From the NCBI GenBank assembly GCA_965220245.1, contig CBDCPI010000008.1, positions 198,412-262,411 of the forward strand: a stretch of 64,000 nt of DNA, read 5' to 3'. The notes under the pieces were generated by a model. The model ran no database searches, was not told where the DNA came from, and worked only from the letters and a program-made list of their open reading frames with translations. How positions within the stretch are numbered: the first letter of the stretch is position 1; each line of letters starts with the position of its first letter. Position numbers and translations under genes: made by a program. The stretch comes from Dehalococcoidia bacterium. Its GTDB lineage: Bacteria; Chloroflexota; Dehalococcoidia; Lucifugimonadales; UBA3495. Positions 27,614 to 36,813 of this stretch are shown here, piece after piece.

Positions 27614-27637
27614 CAACAATACGCGGGGGAGACTTAC

Positions 27638-27994
27638 TTACACAGCGAAGGAAGTGCCGCAGCCGCAGGTCTTCTTAGCGTTGGGGTTGCTGAATATGAA
27701 CCCCTTCCCGTTTAGGCCATCGGAGAACTCCAGCTCGGTGCCCACTAGGTAGATGTAGCTCTTCTTGTCCACCATTACCTTGACGCCGTGCTGCTCGACA
27801 ATTTTGTCGCTCTCCAGCTCTTTGTCGGTGATGGTCAGGTCGTAGGTTAGGCCGGAGCACCCGCCGCCCTTTACGGCAACTCGGACTCCGACGCTCTGGG
27901 ATACTCCGTCTTTGGCGGCGAAGTATTTTATTTTCTCGGCGGCTTTTTCGCTAATAGCCACAGTCAGTTCCACGCCGTTTTGGGTAATCGCCAT
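27638..27994 (-). CDS. erpA: iron-sulfur cluster insertion/assembly protein (IscA/ErpA/HesB family)
   Basis: The C-terminus has the CGCGTSF signature and there is an internal GGGCSG. I set the start to ATG 27994, which is preceded by GGAGGA. Confidence 0.85.
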   Translation of the reverse strand: MAITQNGVELTVAISEKAAEKIKYFAAKDGVSQSVGVRVAVKGGGCSGLTYDLTITDKELESDKIVEQHGVKVMVDKKSYIYLVGTELEFSDGLNGKGFIFSNPNAKKTCGCGTSFAV

Positions 27995-28337
27995 CACATC
28001 CTCCGGGAGGAGAAACATATTTTCAGGTTTAGTAGTAGACCAAGTTCAAAAGCAAGTGTATTTTATAGGAGCAGCAGGAAGACAGTCAAGGAACGGAGGG
28101 ATTCACAACTGACCAAACCGGGGTAAGTCGACGGTGGAACACGATTGTACGGAGACTTCGAGAAAGTAACATATCACGGATGTCAAATGGTTGAACCCCT
28201 ATGATTTCTCGCTGTATGATATGCTCCATCTTAGAATCTTAGACTGGCAGTTTGACTTATCAGAGAACACGAGTAGACGTGGTTATTAGGTAGCTATTTC
28301 GATAGGGCTTGAGAGGCGGAAGAGGTAATTCGTTAAT

Positions 28338-29591
28338 ATGCCGAATTCGATGGTCAAAAAGATAGCGTGGCTTTGGGACGGGCTACAAGTAGGCAGTGTT
28401 GTCCATTCCCTTGCCGGTAACCGGACTGAACAACGGTTCGGCCTGACGTTTCGCTACTTCTCCTGGAAAAAGCTACTGAATGTGCTTCGGGTTGAGGCAC
28501 AGTTAAGAATGGGGCGCCGTAAGGTCTGGGGAATGCCCTTTGAGTGGGAAATCGATACCACCAACATTTGCCAGCTCAAATGCCCCTTGTGCCACACCGG
28601 GTTGGGCACGGTACATCGCGACAAGGGGATTATGCACTTTGATGTGTATACCCAGACCATCGACCAAATCAAGGACTACTGCGTGTGGCTGAGCTTGTAT
28701 AGCTGGGGTGAGCCCTTCCTGAACCGCCGGATCCATGAGTTTATCGAATACGCTCACCGGAACAGAATCGCGACCATCATGAGCACCAACCTCAACAAGC
28801 CCCTGACCCCGGAGATGGCGGAGAATATTATCACGTCCGGCTTGGACGTCATGATCGTATCTCTGGATGGGGTGACCCAAGAGGTCTACGAGCAGTACCG
28901 TGTGGGCGGCCGGTTGGACCGGGTGTTGGACAACTTGCGGTTAATCATTCGGAAGAAGCGAGAACTGGGATACTCCACTCCGCACCTAGAGTGGCAGTTC
29001 ATTGTCATGCGCCAGAACGAGCACCAGATTGAAGACGCCAAGCGGCTAGCGGCGGAACTGGGGGTGAACTCGCTCATCCTGAAGAATGTGGACTTCCCTC
29101 ATGGGATGAGCGACCCCAAGGAGGCCGAGCGCTGGGTGCCCCGGGACCATCCTGACTACCTTCGCGAAGACCCGTTTCTGAAGCCCTACCAGGAAGATGG
29201 GCGCCGTTGCTGGCGGCTTTGGCGCAGCGCCGTGGTCAACTGGGACGGCGGCCTGGCGCCGTGCTGCTACTTGACCGATAAATCGGAAGATTTCGGCGAC
29301 GTTACGGCTAACCCGATCAAGCAAATTTGGAATAACGAGAACTACACCACGGCTCGGGGGATGTTCCAAGACGGGTACGTACCCCGGAAGTGGGTGGGAT
29401 GCACTTCCTGCAGCGTCTATCTCGGAAGCCGGGCCGCCCGCAAGCGCGGTCCCGTGTCGGTCGAGCCCGAACCGGTACTCGTTAGCTCCGGTGGTGGTAT
29501 CTCCCGTAATAATTTGGAAGAGGTATCCGCAATACAGAACCTGCCCGTTCGTCTAGGAACGGACAATGTCGATGACATAAGCAAGGAGTAG
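28338..29591 (+). CDS. radical SAM/SPASM-domain protein
   Basis: 417 aa with the CX3CX2C cluster motif TNICQLKCPLCHTG and the GEPFLN segment. The C-terminal auxiliary-cluster pattern is CWRLWRSAVVNWDGGLAPCC ... CTSC. Confidence 0.8.
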   Translation: MPNSMVKKIAWLWDGLQVGSVVHSLAGNRTEQRFGLTFRYFSWKKLLNVLRVEAQLRMGRRKVWGMPFEWEIDTTNICQLKCPLCHTGLGTVHRDKGIMHFDVYTQTIDQIKDYCVWLSLYSWGEPFLNRRIHEFIEYAHRNRIATIMSTNLNKPLTPEMAENIITSGLDVMIVSLDGVTQEVYEQYRVGGRLDRVLDNLRLIIRKKRELGYSTPHLEWQFIVMRQNEHQIEDAKRLAAELGVNSLILKNVDFPHGMSDPKEAERWVPRDHPDYLREDPFLKPYQEDGRRCWRLWRSAVVNWDGGLAPCCYLTDKSEDFGDVTANPIKQIWNNENYTTARGMFQDGYVPRKWVGCTSCSVYLGSRAARKRGPVSVEPEPVLVSSGGGISRNNLEEVSAIQNLPVRLGTDNVDDISKE

Positions 29592-29765
29592 TCGCTAGGT
29601 CGTCCTATCACGGAAGCTTCGCCCCCCATGCGTTCAGGATAGGTTTGTATTCGCGGACCAGTGCTCTGGCAGAAGCGCTGATATGAATCAGTCAAGATAC
29701 TGCATGTCCCCAGAAGCAGTGAATTATGTGCGGCCACCAAGGTTTCTGGTGGTGGTTGGACTGTT

Positions 29766-30743
29766 GTGGCGGACCTCCTCGAGTGGCTCGCACTCTCTTG
29801 GGGCCGGTTGATGGCGAACGGGCGGATGAACCTCCTCCGGCGCGCTTGGGTGCGGTTGGTGCTGCCCCACCTATGGGAGTTGGCTCTAGTCGGCGGCGCT
29901 TACCTGGTCTATATGTACGCCAGGTCACTAGTCTTGAGCGACTTCGTTTCTACCGCGTTGGCCAACGCCAATATCATTATCTCCTTGGAAAGGGAGTTGG
30001 GCTTCTTCTGGGAGCCCGAGTGGCAGGCTTGGGCCCTCTCCAGCGCCAAGCACATGGTGATCTTCTTCAACTGGGTTTACATCGTAACCTTCTGGCCCGT
30101 ATTAATCATTACCGGCGTCATTCTTTACGTGGTCAACCGGCAGCGGTATCTGTACTACCGTAACATCGTGCTGCTCAGCTTTATATTCGCGTTGCTCGGC
30201 TTCACCCTGTTCCCGTTGGCCCCCCCGCGAATGATCGCCGACCACTTTGTGGACACGATCAAAGCTTTCGGCCCCGCTTTCTACGCTAGCCGCGCGATGG
30301 CGAGTTTTTATAACCCCTACGCTGCTATGCCAAGTTTGCATTTCAGTTGGACTCTAATGTTTGGCGTTTTGTTCCTGAGGATGCCCAACAAGTGGATTAA
30401 GGTCATGGGCGTCCTGTATCCAACAATGACCTTATTGGCGATTACGATTACTGCCAATCACTACATCATGGATGCAATGGCCGGAGCCCTCTTGGTGATA
30501 GCGGCGTTCCTTACTATGGAGCTGGGATTCCGGCGCCGGTTTTTCTTGCCCACTATTTTGGCGCATTTAGGCATGGAATCCTGGGCGCGCCGGGTCCGGT
30601 TCCTAAATCAGCCGAGCGAACCAAGCAAAGACGCCAGAGATTCCCGCTCAGTTATTCGCCGCCTAGCCACGGGTTCCAGACTGCTCTCCTTTGGGAGAAC
30701 CCAAGATAACATTACCGGCGAAACCGGTAGCTCAACGCAGTAG
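29766..30743 (+). CDS. PAP2_3-type (IPC-synthase-like) integral membrane phosphatase/phosphotransferase, paralog 1
   Basis: 325 aa and polytopic. Motifs are AAMPSLHFSWT and ITANHYIMDAMAG. It has a GTG start and a basic C-terminal tail. Confidence 0.65.
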   Translation: MADLLEWLALSWGRLMANGRMNLLRRAWVRLVLPHLWELALVGGAYLVYMYARSLVLSDFVSTALANANIIISLERELGFFWEPEWQAWALSSAKHMVIFFNWVYIVTFWPVLIITGVILYVVNRQRYLYYRNIVLLSFIFALLGFTLFPLAPPRMIADHFVDTIKAFGPAFYASRAMASFYNPYAAMPSLHFSWTLMFGVLFLRMPNKWIKVMGVLYPTMTLLAITITANHYIMDAMAGALLVIAAFLTMELGFRRRFFLPTILAHLGMESWARRVRFLNQPSEPSKDARDSRSVIRRLATGSRLLSFGRTQDNITGETGSSTQ

Positions 30744-30770
30744 CGGTTACCGGGGGACGGGGTTTATCTG

Positions 30771-31871
30771 ATGGAAGCCAACCATCAACGATTTCGACAC
30801 TATCTTAGTTTGGTTACTGCTCGAGCCAGGTCCGGTCTGGGAATGACGGGGTCCCGGATGCGGTCTCGCATGGACGGCATACCCCAGGTCTCGGTGGTCT
30901 GGGCTTGGAAGCACCATTTCCTCGAGATCTGTCTGATCTTGGGTTCTTATTTGGCTTACGTTCTCAGCCGCGGGGCCATTTATCCCGACCACGGCAGCAT
31001 CGGGTTGGTCAACGCGGAGCGGATCGTCACTGCGGAAAGAGCTTTGGGAGTTTTTTGGGAGCCGGTATGGCAGTCATGGGTGCTAGCCTATGCCCAACCA
31101 CTGGCCACCTTTCTGAATTGGACCTACATCTTTACCTACTGGCCGATCATTATCGTGGCAGGCTTGGTCTTGTACTTGGGAAATCGCGCCAAGTATTACT
31201 ATTACCGCACCGTGGTCGCGATTAACTTGGTGTTCGCGTTACTGATCTTCATGGTGTTCCCGGTTACCTCGCCATTCAACCTTACCGGCTACTTCGTGAA
31301 CACCATCCAGCAACTGGGGCCCGCGTTCTACGGCAGTCCCGAGATGGGCGCCTTCTATAACACCCACGCAGCGATGCCCAGCCTGCACTTCAGTTGGACC
31401 GTAATCTTGGGGGCCTTGTTTTTCCGCTCCTTCAAGGGCTGGTTCAAAGTGGCTGGCGTGGCCTATCCGGTGGCTACTTTCCTGGCGATTATCATTACCG
31501 GCAACCATTTCATTCTGGATGCCGTAGTGGGCGGAATGTTGGCGGTTGCGGCCTTTGCGGTTGTGGAACTCGGCTTTCGTGGTGGGGTCTCTAGGGCAAA
31601 AACCCAGGCTGCATTGCAGTGGCGCCGCGCTTTTGGGCCGGGAAGGGAGTACCGGAAGGTCTGGCCGGGTCTGAGCCAGAGGCTCATTGGCCGGGCGCGG
31701 GCTGGTGGAATGCACTACTGGGAAGCCTGGTCCAAGCCGCGGGAGGCGCTAAGGAAAAAGGTACGGGCCAACCTTTCCCAATACCGCGGAATTTGGCTGC
31801 GTATCCAAGAGAGAAGGCCCGTGGCCTTTCGGCGGCGCCCATTTACCCGGCGAAGGACGTCCGCCTGGTAG
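30771..31871 (+). CDS. PAP2_3-type (IPC-synthase-like) integral membrane phosphatase/phosphotransferase, paralog 2
   Basis: 366 aa, collinear with paralog 1. Shared blocks include ERxLGxFWEPxWQxW, AAMPSLHFSWT and ITGNHFILDAVVG. The C-terminal tail is Arg-rich. Confidence 0.65.
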   Translation: MEANHQRFRHYLSLVTARARSGLGMTGSRMRSRMDGIPQVSVVWAWKHHFLEICLILGSYLAYVLSRGAIYPDHGSIGLVNAERIVTAERALGVFWEPVWQSWVLAYAQPLATFLNWTYIFTYWPIIIVAGLVLYLGNRAKYYYYRTVVAINLVFALLIFMVFPVTSPFNLTGYFVNTIQQLGPAFYGSPEMGAFYNTHAAMPSLHFSWTVILGALFFRSFKGWFKVAGVAYPVATFLAIIITGNHFILDAVVGGMLAVAAFAVVELGFRGGVSRAKTQAALQWRRAFGPGREYRKVWPGLSQRLIGRARAGGMHYWEAWSKPREALRKKVRANLSQYRGIWLRIQERRPVAFRRRPFTRRRTSAW

Positions 31872-31946
31872 CTTTCATTGTCTGGGGGTTGTGCGGTAGG
31901 GCGATCACAAGGGTCGCCCTTGGTGGCCGAGATGTCAAGGCTCCCA

Positions 31947-33257
31947 CTACCGTCGGCGGCCCCACATGGGGTGCCGGAAGGTAGGCGCCAAGGCCGGGTC
32001 CACCGCCACCGGCTCCGGTTGTTCGGACCGGGGGTCCGGGGATGGAGGCTCCGGCTCGGCGGGGGGCGGCGGCCGGTATACGGGGCCGGGCTTGCGTTTA
32101 GGTCCCAGGTTGCTTAGGTGCCGGGCCAGTTCGTCAAGGCTGTTCAGGTTGTGGACGGGAAGGAAGTCGTCCACATAGGGCAACGCGGCTTGCATTCCCT
32201 GGGTTAGCGGCTGGTAGCCTGGCGCACCTACCAAGGGATTCAGCCAAATTAGGCGGTGGCAGCTTCGTTGCAGCCGGGCCGTTTCCCGGGCCAGTAACTC
32301 CGGGTCACCTCGGTCCCATCCGTCAGAGATAATCAAGACCACGGCGCCGCCGTTCAACACCCGCCTCAGCCACTGGAAATTGAACGTCTTGAGCGCATGG
32401 CCGATTCGGGTGCCACCGGCCCAGTCGGGCACAGCTCGGGCCACTTCGTTAACGGTCTGGTCTACCCCTCGATGGCTCAAGTAGCGGGTGATGCGGGTGA
32501 GCCTGGTGGCGAAGAGAAATGCCTCCACACGTTCGGCATCCCTGGCTATCGAGTGGATAAAGTGGAGCAGCATACGGGTGTAGCGCTCCATGGAGCCGCT
32601 GACATCGCAGACCAGGACCAGCGGTCTGGTCTTATCCTTCTCCCGCCGGTGAGACAATTCCAAGGGCTCGCCGCCGTACTTGAGGTTACGGCGCAGCGTC
32701 CTTCGCAGGTCCAGGGTCTGTCCGGGGCCCGGCATCAACCGGCGGGTACGGCGTTGGCCCGGATTCCAAGAAAGCCGCTGCATCATGCGCCGGGCTTCCC
32801 GGATTTCCCCGGGAGTAAACTCGGCGAAGTCCTTTTCCCGCAGCACCTCCCGAGCGCTGTAGGTCCGGGTAAGGTCGATCCGGTCCCCTAGCCCGCTTCC
32901 ATCGTCAATTCCAGCACCGTCCGGCCCTTGATCACTGCCCGGCGGCGGCGCTGCTTGGGCTTTTCGGAACCGCCTTTGCTCTCCCATGGAGCGCAAGTCG
33001 CGCCTCGCTGAACCGGACGCCGGGGTTCGCCAAAACACTTGAAAGGCTTCGTCAAACACCGGTAAATCTTGCTTCCGGTGTACTAACAGGCTGCGGGCCG
33101 CCTGATAAAAGTCTTGCTTTCGGCCCATGGGGGCATATTCGGTGGCGCGCACCAAGTCCAAGACGTTGCCCGAGCCCACATCCAGGCCGAGGGCCCGCAG
33201 CACCTCGGCGAAGAGCATCAGGTTGTGGAGAATGTAGCCGGGGGCCTCCGGCATCAA
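31947..33257 (-). CDS. VWA-domain protein, CoxE-like
   Basis: 436 aa with MIDAS LVLVCDVSGSM and a Pro/Glu-rich C-terminus. It overlaps the MoxR gene by 4 nt. Confidence 0.8.
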   Translation of the reverse strand: MMPEAPGYILHNLMLFAEVLRALGLDVGSGNVLDLVRATEYAPMGRKQDFYQAARSLLVHRKQDLPVFDEAFQVFWRTPASGSARRDLRSMGEQRRFRKAQAAPPPGSDQGPDGAGIDDGSGLGDRIDLTRTYSAREVLREKDFAEFTPGEIREARRMMQRLSWNPGQRRTRRLMPGPGQTLDLRRTLRRNLKYGGEPLELSHRREKDKTRPLVLVCDVSGSMERYTRMLLHFIHSIARDAERVEAFLFATRLTRITRYLSHRGVDQTVNEVARAVPDWAGGTRIGHALKTFNFQWLRRVLNGGAVVLIISDGWDRGDPELLARETARLQRSCHRLIWLNPLVGAPGYQPLTQGMQAALPYVDDFLPVHNLNSLDELARHLSNLGPKRKPGPVYRPPPPAEPEPPSPDPRSEQPEPVAVDPALAPTFRHPMWGRRR

Positions 33258-34210
33258 CCGCCTCCCCCGCCCCGGCCGCGGCGGGGGCCCTGGTTTCTGG
33301 CCCGGTCCAGCATGGTTTGGACCGGTTCCCCGCGCACCAGTTCGATGTCGTCTTGGTACTTGAGCATGATCCCCAGGGTATCGTCGATCACCTGGGGGTC
33401 CAGTTGGGTCTGGTTTAAGGCCAGCAGCGCCGCGGTCCAGTCGATGGTCTCCGATATCCCGGGCACTTTGTAAAGCTCGGTCTGGCGCAGCTCTTGGATG
33501 AAACCGGTCACCTGCTCGGCCAAACGTCTAGGCGCGCCGGGGACTTTGGCGGTGACTATTTGCAACTCCTTTTGAAAATTCGGATAGTCGATCCAGCAAT
33601 AGAGGCAGCGCCTCTTTAGAGCGTCGTGAATCTCCCTAGTCCGGTTAGAGGTAATAATCACGATAGGCCGGTGTACTGCCCGGAAGGTCCCTAACTCGGG
33701 AATCGTTATCTGAAAGTCCGCTAACAACTCCAACAGGAAGCCTTCGAATTCCTCGTCGGCGCGGTCCAATTCGTCGATTAGCAAGACCGGAGACTTTTCC
33801 CGGGTGGCGTCGATGGCTTGAAGTAAGGGCCGCTTGATCAGGAACTCGTCGCCGAACAAGCTGGCGGTGGCCGCCTGCCGGTCCACGTTGCCCGCCGCTT
33901 CCATTAACCGCAGCTCCAATAGCTGGCGGGCGTGGTTCCATTCGTAGACCGCGTGGTTGATGTCCAGTCCTTCGTAGCATTGGAGGCGAATCAACTCGGT
34001 GTCGAGTCCGGCAGCCAACGCTCGGGCAATTTCGGTCTTGCCCACTCCGGCCTCACCTTCCAGAAATAGCGGGCGTTCCAAGGTCATGGCCAGAAAAATG
34101 GGCACCGCCAAGGTACGGTCGGCCACATAGCTCTGCCCTTGCAGCAGGCGTTGCACGTCATCTATCGACGCTGGAATTGCGTTAGTGGTGGTCAAGATGG
34201 AGCTCTCCAA
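33254..34210 (-). CDS. MoxR/CoxD-like AAA+ ATPase
   Basis: 318 aa with Walker A GEAGVGKT and Walker B VLLIDELDRA. It has an Arg/Gly-rich C-terminus. Confidence 0.85.
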   Translation of the reverse strand: MESSILTTTNAIPASIDDVQRLLQGQSYVADRTLAVPIFLAMTLERPLFLEGEAGVGKTEIARALAAGLDTELIRLQCYEGLDINHAVYEWNHARQLLELRLMEAAGNVDRQAATASLFGDEFLIKRPLLQAIDATREKSPVLLIDELDRADEEFEGFLLELLADFQITIPELGTFRAVHRPIVIITSNRTREIHDALKRRCLYCWIDYPNFQKELQIVTAKVPGAPRRLAEQVTGFIQELRQTELYKVPGISETIDWTAALLALNQTQLDPQVIDDTLGIMLKYQDDIELVRGEPVQTMLDRARNQGPRRGRGGGGG

Positions 34211-34304
34211 CTGTGCAGGTGTTCAATGGCGAGGATACACGGGTCGCCGTGCCGGTTCAGGGCAGGCACTATTGTAGCGTATGGAGCGGCTTGATGGAGT
34301 GTCA

Positions 34305-34967
34305 TCAACCGTCGAGGGCCAACATGCTGTGCAAACGGCCTTGGACCAGCCCCCGCAGGCTCACCCAGTGGTCGCCCAACGCTTCCCGTTCTTCCATCGA
34401 GAGTTGACCGTAGGTCTTGTCAAACTGGGGAAAGTACCACACGGAGAAGGCCCAGAACCCCGACTGAGGAGGCGCCACGCCGCGCCCGTCGGAGATTACC
34501 CCGGTGGCGCCGTTCACTTGCCACGAGTCCACCACGCTGTCTTGGCTGGCGATAGCCACGGCTTCGACCCAAGACGCCGCCCGCTCTGGGCCGTGATAAG
34601 GCTGCATCAACTCGAGCAAGTACTCGATGCGCCGCGCGTTATCGGCTTCCGGCCCGGCAAACCGGTGGGTGTACCGGCTCTCCCAATTGGGTCCCAACGC
34701 GGGTAACACCAGTCCGCCGTCGGAGGCGATGGCCAACGTTGAAGCAGAACCGGAGGCCGCACGGGCCCAGTCCCAAGCCTTGGCTCGGGCAATGGCCTCG
34801 TGGGTGTCGCCCGCTTCGTCGGGAATGGGACCTAGCCCAAGTTCGGAGGAGGTAACCGGGGTCAAGGGCAGGCCTTCCAGCAGCCACCGCAGGGCGGCCT
34901 GCTTGTCGGGGTTGCTGGTGCCCAACAAAATCGGCGCGCCGGGGTTAAGGCGGGGCGGCGGTGGCAT
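34305..34967 (-). CDS. divergent Ham1/RdgB (ITPase)-fold protein
   Basis: 220 aa. Family blocks are recognisable (ILLGTSNPDKQAAL, LAIASDGGLVLPALG, GFWAFSVWYFPQFDKTYGQLSMEERE) but the usual DDSG and FGYDP residues are substituted. Confidence 0.45.
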   Translation of the reverse strand: MPPPPRLNPGAPILLGTSNPDKQAALRWLLEGLPLTPVTSSELGLGPIPDEAGDTHEAIARAKAWDWARAASGSASTLAIASDGGLVLPALGPNWESRYTHRFAGPEADNARRIEYLLELMQPYHGPERAASWVEAVAIASQDSVVDSWQVNGATGVISDGRGVAPPQSGFWAFSVWYFPQFDKTYGQLSMEEREALGDHWVSLRGLVQGRLHSMLALDG

Positions 34968-34985
34968 GGGGCAGAGGGGTTTCCT

Positions 34986-36434
34986 CTAGTCCACTCCCGC
35001 CAAGGGTTCCAGGGTCGCCGCGCGCAGGGCGGCCACCCGAGCCGCGGCGGCACTGGTCTGGGCTTCCTCGGGAAGGGAGTCCTCCCAATCGGGGATGAGC
35101 ACCCGGTCGCTGGGGGCCAACGTCAGCACCACCAGTACTCCCGTTAGGCTGAATCCGATGGACATAATTAGCACCGGGGTAAAGGTAGCGGTCACAAAGA
35201 TTACGAAGCCAGCCAGAGCGGTCGCTACCGCATGACCCAACATGGCGCCGGTCATCTCAAAGCCGTAGAAGGTGCCAATTGGCCCGGTGCCGAAGTACTG
35301 GCGGTTCACCACCGGGTAGGCTGACATCTCCCCGCCGAAGCCGGTCCCAAAGAGGACCGCGAACAAGTAGAAGGCCCAAGGGTCGCTGGCCCCGAATAAG
35401 ACGAGGACGGTTAGCCCTTGAATGCCTAGAGCCACAGCCATGGCCGGCTTGCCGCCGATTCGCTCGGCCACGATGGGGGTGATGAAACGGCTGGCGATAC
35501 TGAATATGTTGATCAGGCTCAGAATGAAAGCCGCCGCCGTCAGGCTGATCCCTTGCTCCACGGCTATGGGAATAGAGTAGATGAGGATGATCCCGTGCCC
35601 GGCGCAACCCAGGCTGTGTATCAGGGGAAGGTTCCAGAATTCCTTGGTCTTCCGGATGTGCTGGTTAAATACCTTGAGGCGGAGTAACTCTTGGGGCTTG
35701 CTCCATTCGACTTCAGGAGGGTCGTCTTCTCGGACCCCGTAGGGTCTAATGCCCATATCCGCGGGACGGTTGCGGACAAAGGGGACCACCACTAAGATCA
35801 GCACCCCGCCGACCAGCCCCAAAGTCCAGAAGGTCGTTTGCCAGCCAAAATTCTCCAGCAATGCCCCTACCGCCGGCGCTATGGCCGCGGCTCCCAGGCC
35901 TCCGGCGGCCCATAACAACCCAACGGCCAAGCCCAACCGCTTTCGGAACCACCCGTTAACCGCGGATATCATCGGGACCATGGCGATGGACTGGGTGGCT
36001 GCCAGCATTACACCGAACACTAGGAAAAAGTGCCAGATTTCTGAAATCATGCCCAGCAACAACATGCTGGAGGCAAAGAGGGCGCCACTGGCGGCTATCA
36101 TGATGCGGGGACCGTAGCGGTCGGCCAACCAGCCGCACAGCGGGGCGGTAATCGCTCCGACCAGATAGTAGGTCGCTAGACCCGCGCCGATGCTGCCCAT
36201 GCCCCAGCCGAAGCCCCCATTGGCGTCGTTGAGGGGAGCTACCATGATGCCGGCAGCCATACCGATGGACTGGCCCACTATCTGGACAACCGCCAATACG
36301 GCCAGAATCACCCAGCTATAGTGGAACCCGCCGGAGAAGTTCAGCGACCTAAGCGCCGGATAATTCCACAGGGACAAGGCAATGATCACCGCCCCGGCAG
36401 CGATCAGAATTATTGGCGCACTGACTGGCATCAT
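34986..36434 (-). CDS. MFS transporter (oxalate/formate antiporter-like)
   Basis: 482 aa with ~12 hydrophobic segments and motif A-like GWLADRYGPR. Confidence 0.8.
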   Translation of the reverse strand: MMPVSAPIILIAAGAVIIALSLWNYPALRSLNFSGGFHYSWVILAVLAVVQIVGQSIGMAAGIMVAPLNDANGGFGWGMGSIGAGLATYYLVGAITAPLCGWLADRYGPRIMIAASGALFASSMLLLGMISEIWHFFLVFGVMLAATQSIAMVPMISAVNGWFRKRLGLAVGLLWAAGGLGAAAIAPAVGALLENFGWQTTFWTLGLVGGVLILVVVPFVRNRPADMGIRPYGVREDDPPEVEWSKPQELLRLKVFNQHIRKTKEFWNLPLIHSLGCAGHGIILIYSIPIAVEQGISLTAAAFILSLINIFSIASRFITPIVAERIGGKPAMAVALGIQGLTVLVLFGASDPWAFYLFAVLFGTGFGGEMSAYPVVNRQYFGTGPIGTFYGFEMTGAMLGHAVATALAGFVIFVTATFTPVLIMSIGFSLTGVLVVLTLAPSDRVLIPDWEDSLPEEAQTSAAAARVAALRAATLEPLAGVD

Positions 36435-36551
36435 CGGCTCACTCGCGGCGTGGCATTAACTTGGGCGTCAGGCCGAAAAGCAGGTGTGTGTTTAGTGCTA
36501 ATGAGTGTTTCGTCCTTAAGGTGTTTGGGTCTAGTCTGCTCCCTGAGGGGA

Positions 36552-36752
36552 TTACCCGGCCCGGATTATCTGGACCACCAGAGCGGCGATGATACCGCCG
36601 CCGACGGCCCAAGACGCCAGAAATAGCCAGTCTATCCTAGCGTTAAGGTCCCGTTGCCCCTCCCGTAGTTCCTGAAGCCCGGCATCCAAGCGGCTGTTGG
36701 TTGCCCGGAGTTCTTCGCGGATGTCTTGGATTCCCTGGGCCAGGGTCCCCAC
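36552..36752 (-). CDS. small coiled-coil protein with C-terminal TM helix (XhlA-like architecture)
   Basis: 66 aa with a GTG start preceded by GGAAGGA. A heptad-like segment IQDIREELRATNSRLDAGLQELREGQRDLNARI is followed by WLFLASWAVGGGIIAALVVQII. Confidence 0.45.
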   Translation of the reverse strand: MGTLAQGIQDIREELRATNSRLDAGLQELREGQRDLNARIDWLFLASWAVGGGIIAALVVQIIRAG

Positions 36753-36813
36753 CTGTCCTTCCAGCCGCCCCAGCCGGAATTCGTCGGACCCGGTCGCCGT
36801 TGTCGTCGCGGCA

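Noticed and set aside
28201-28242. A 13-codon mini-ORF (MISRCMICSILES) upstream of the radical SAM/SPASM gene was considered as a possible RiPP precursor.
   Set aside because: It has no Shine-Dalgarno and is very short. A Cys-containing peptide in an AT-rich spacer is easily produced by chance. It is only worth revisiting if conserved in homologous loci.
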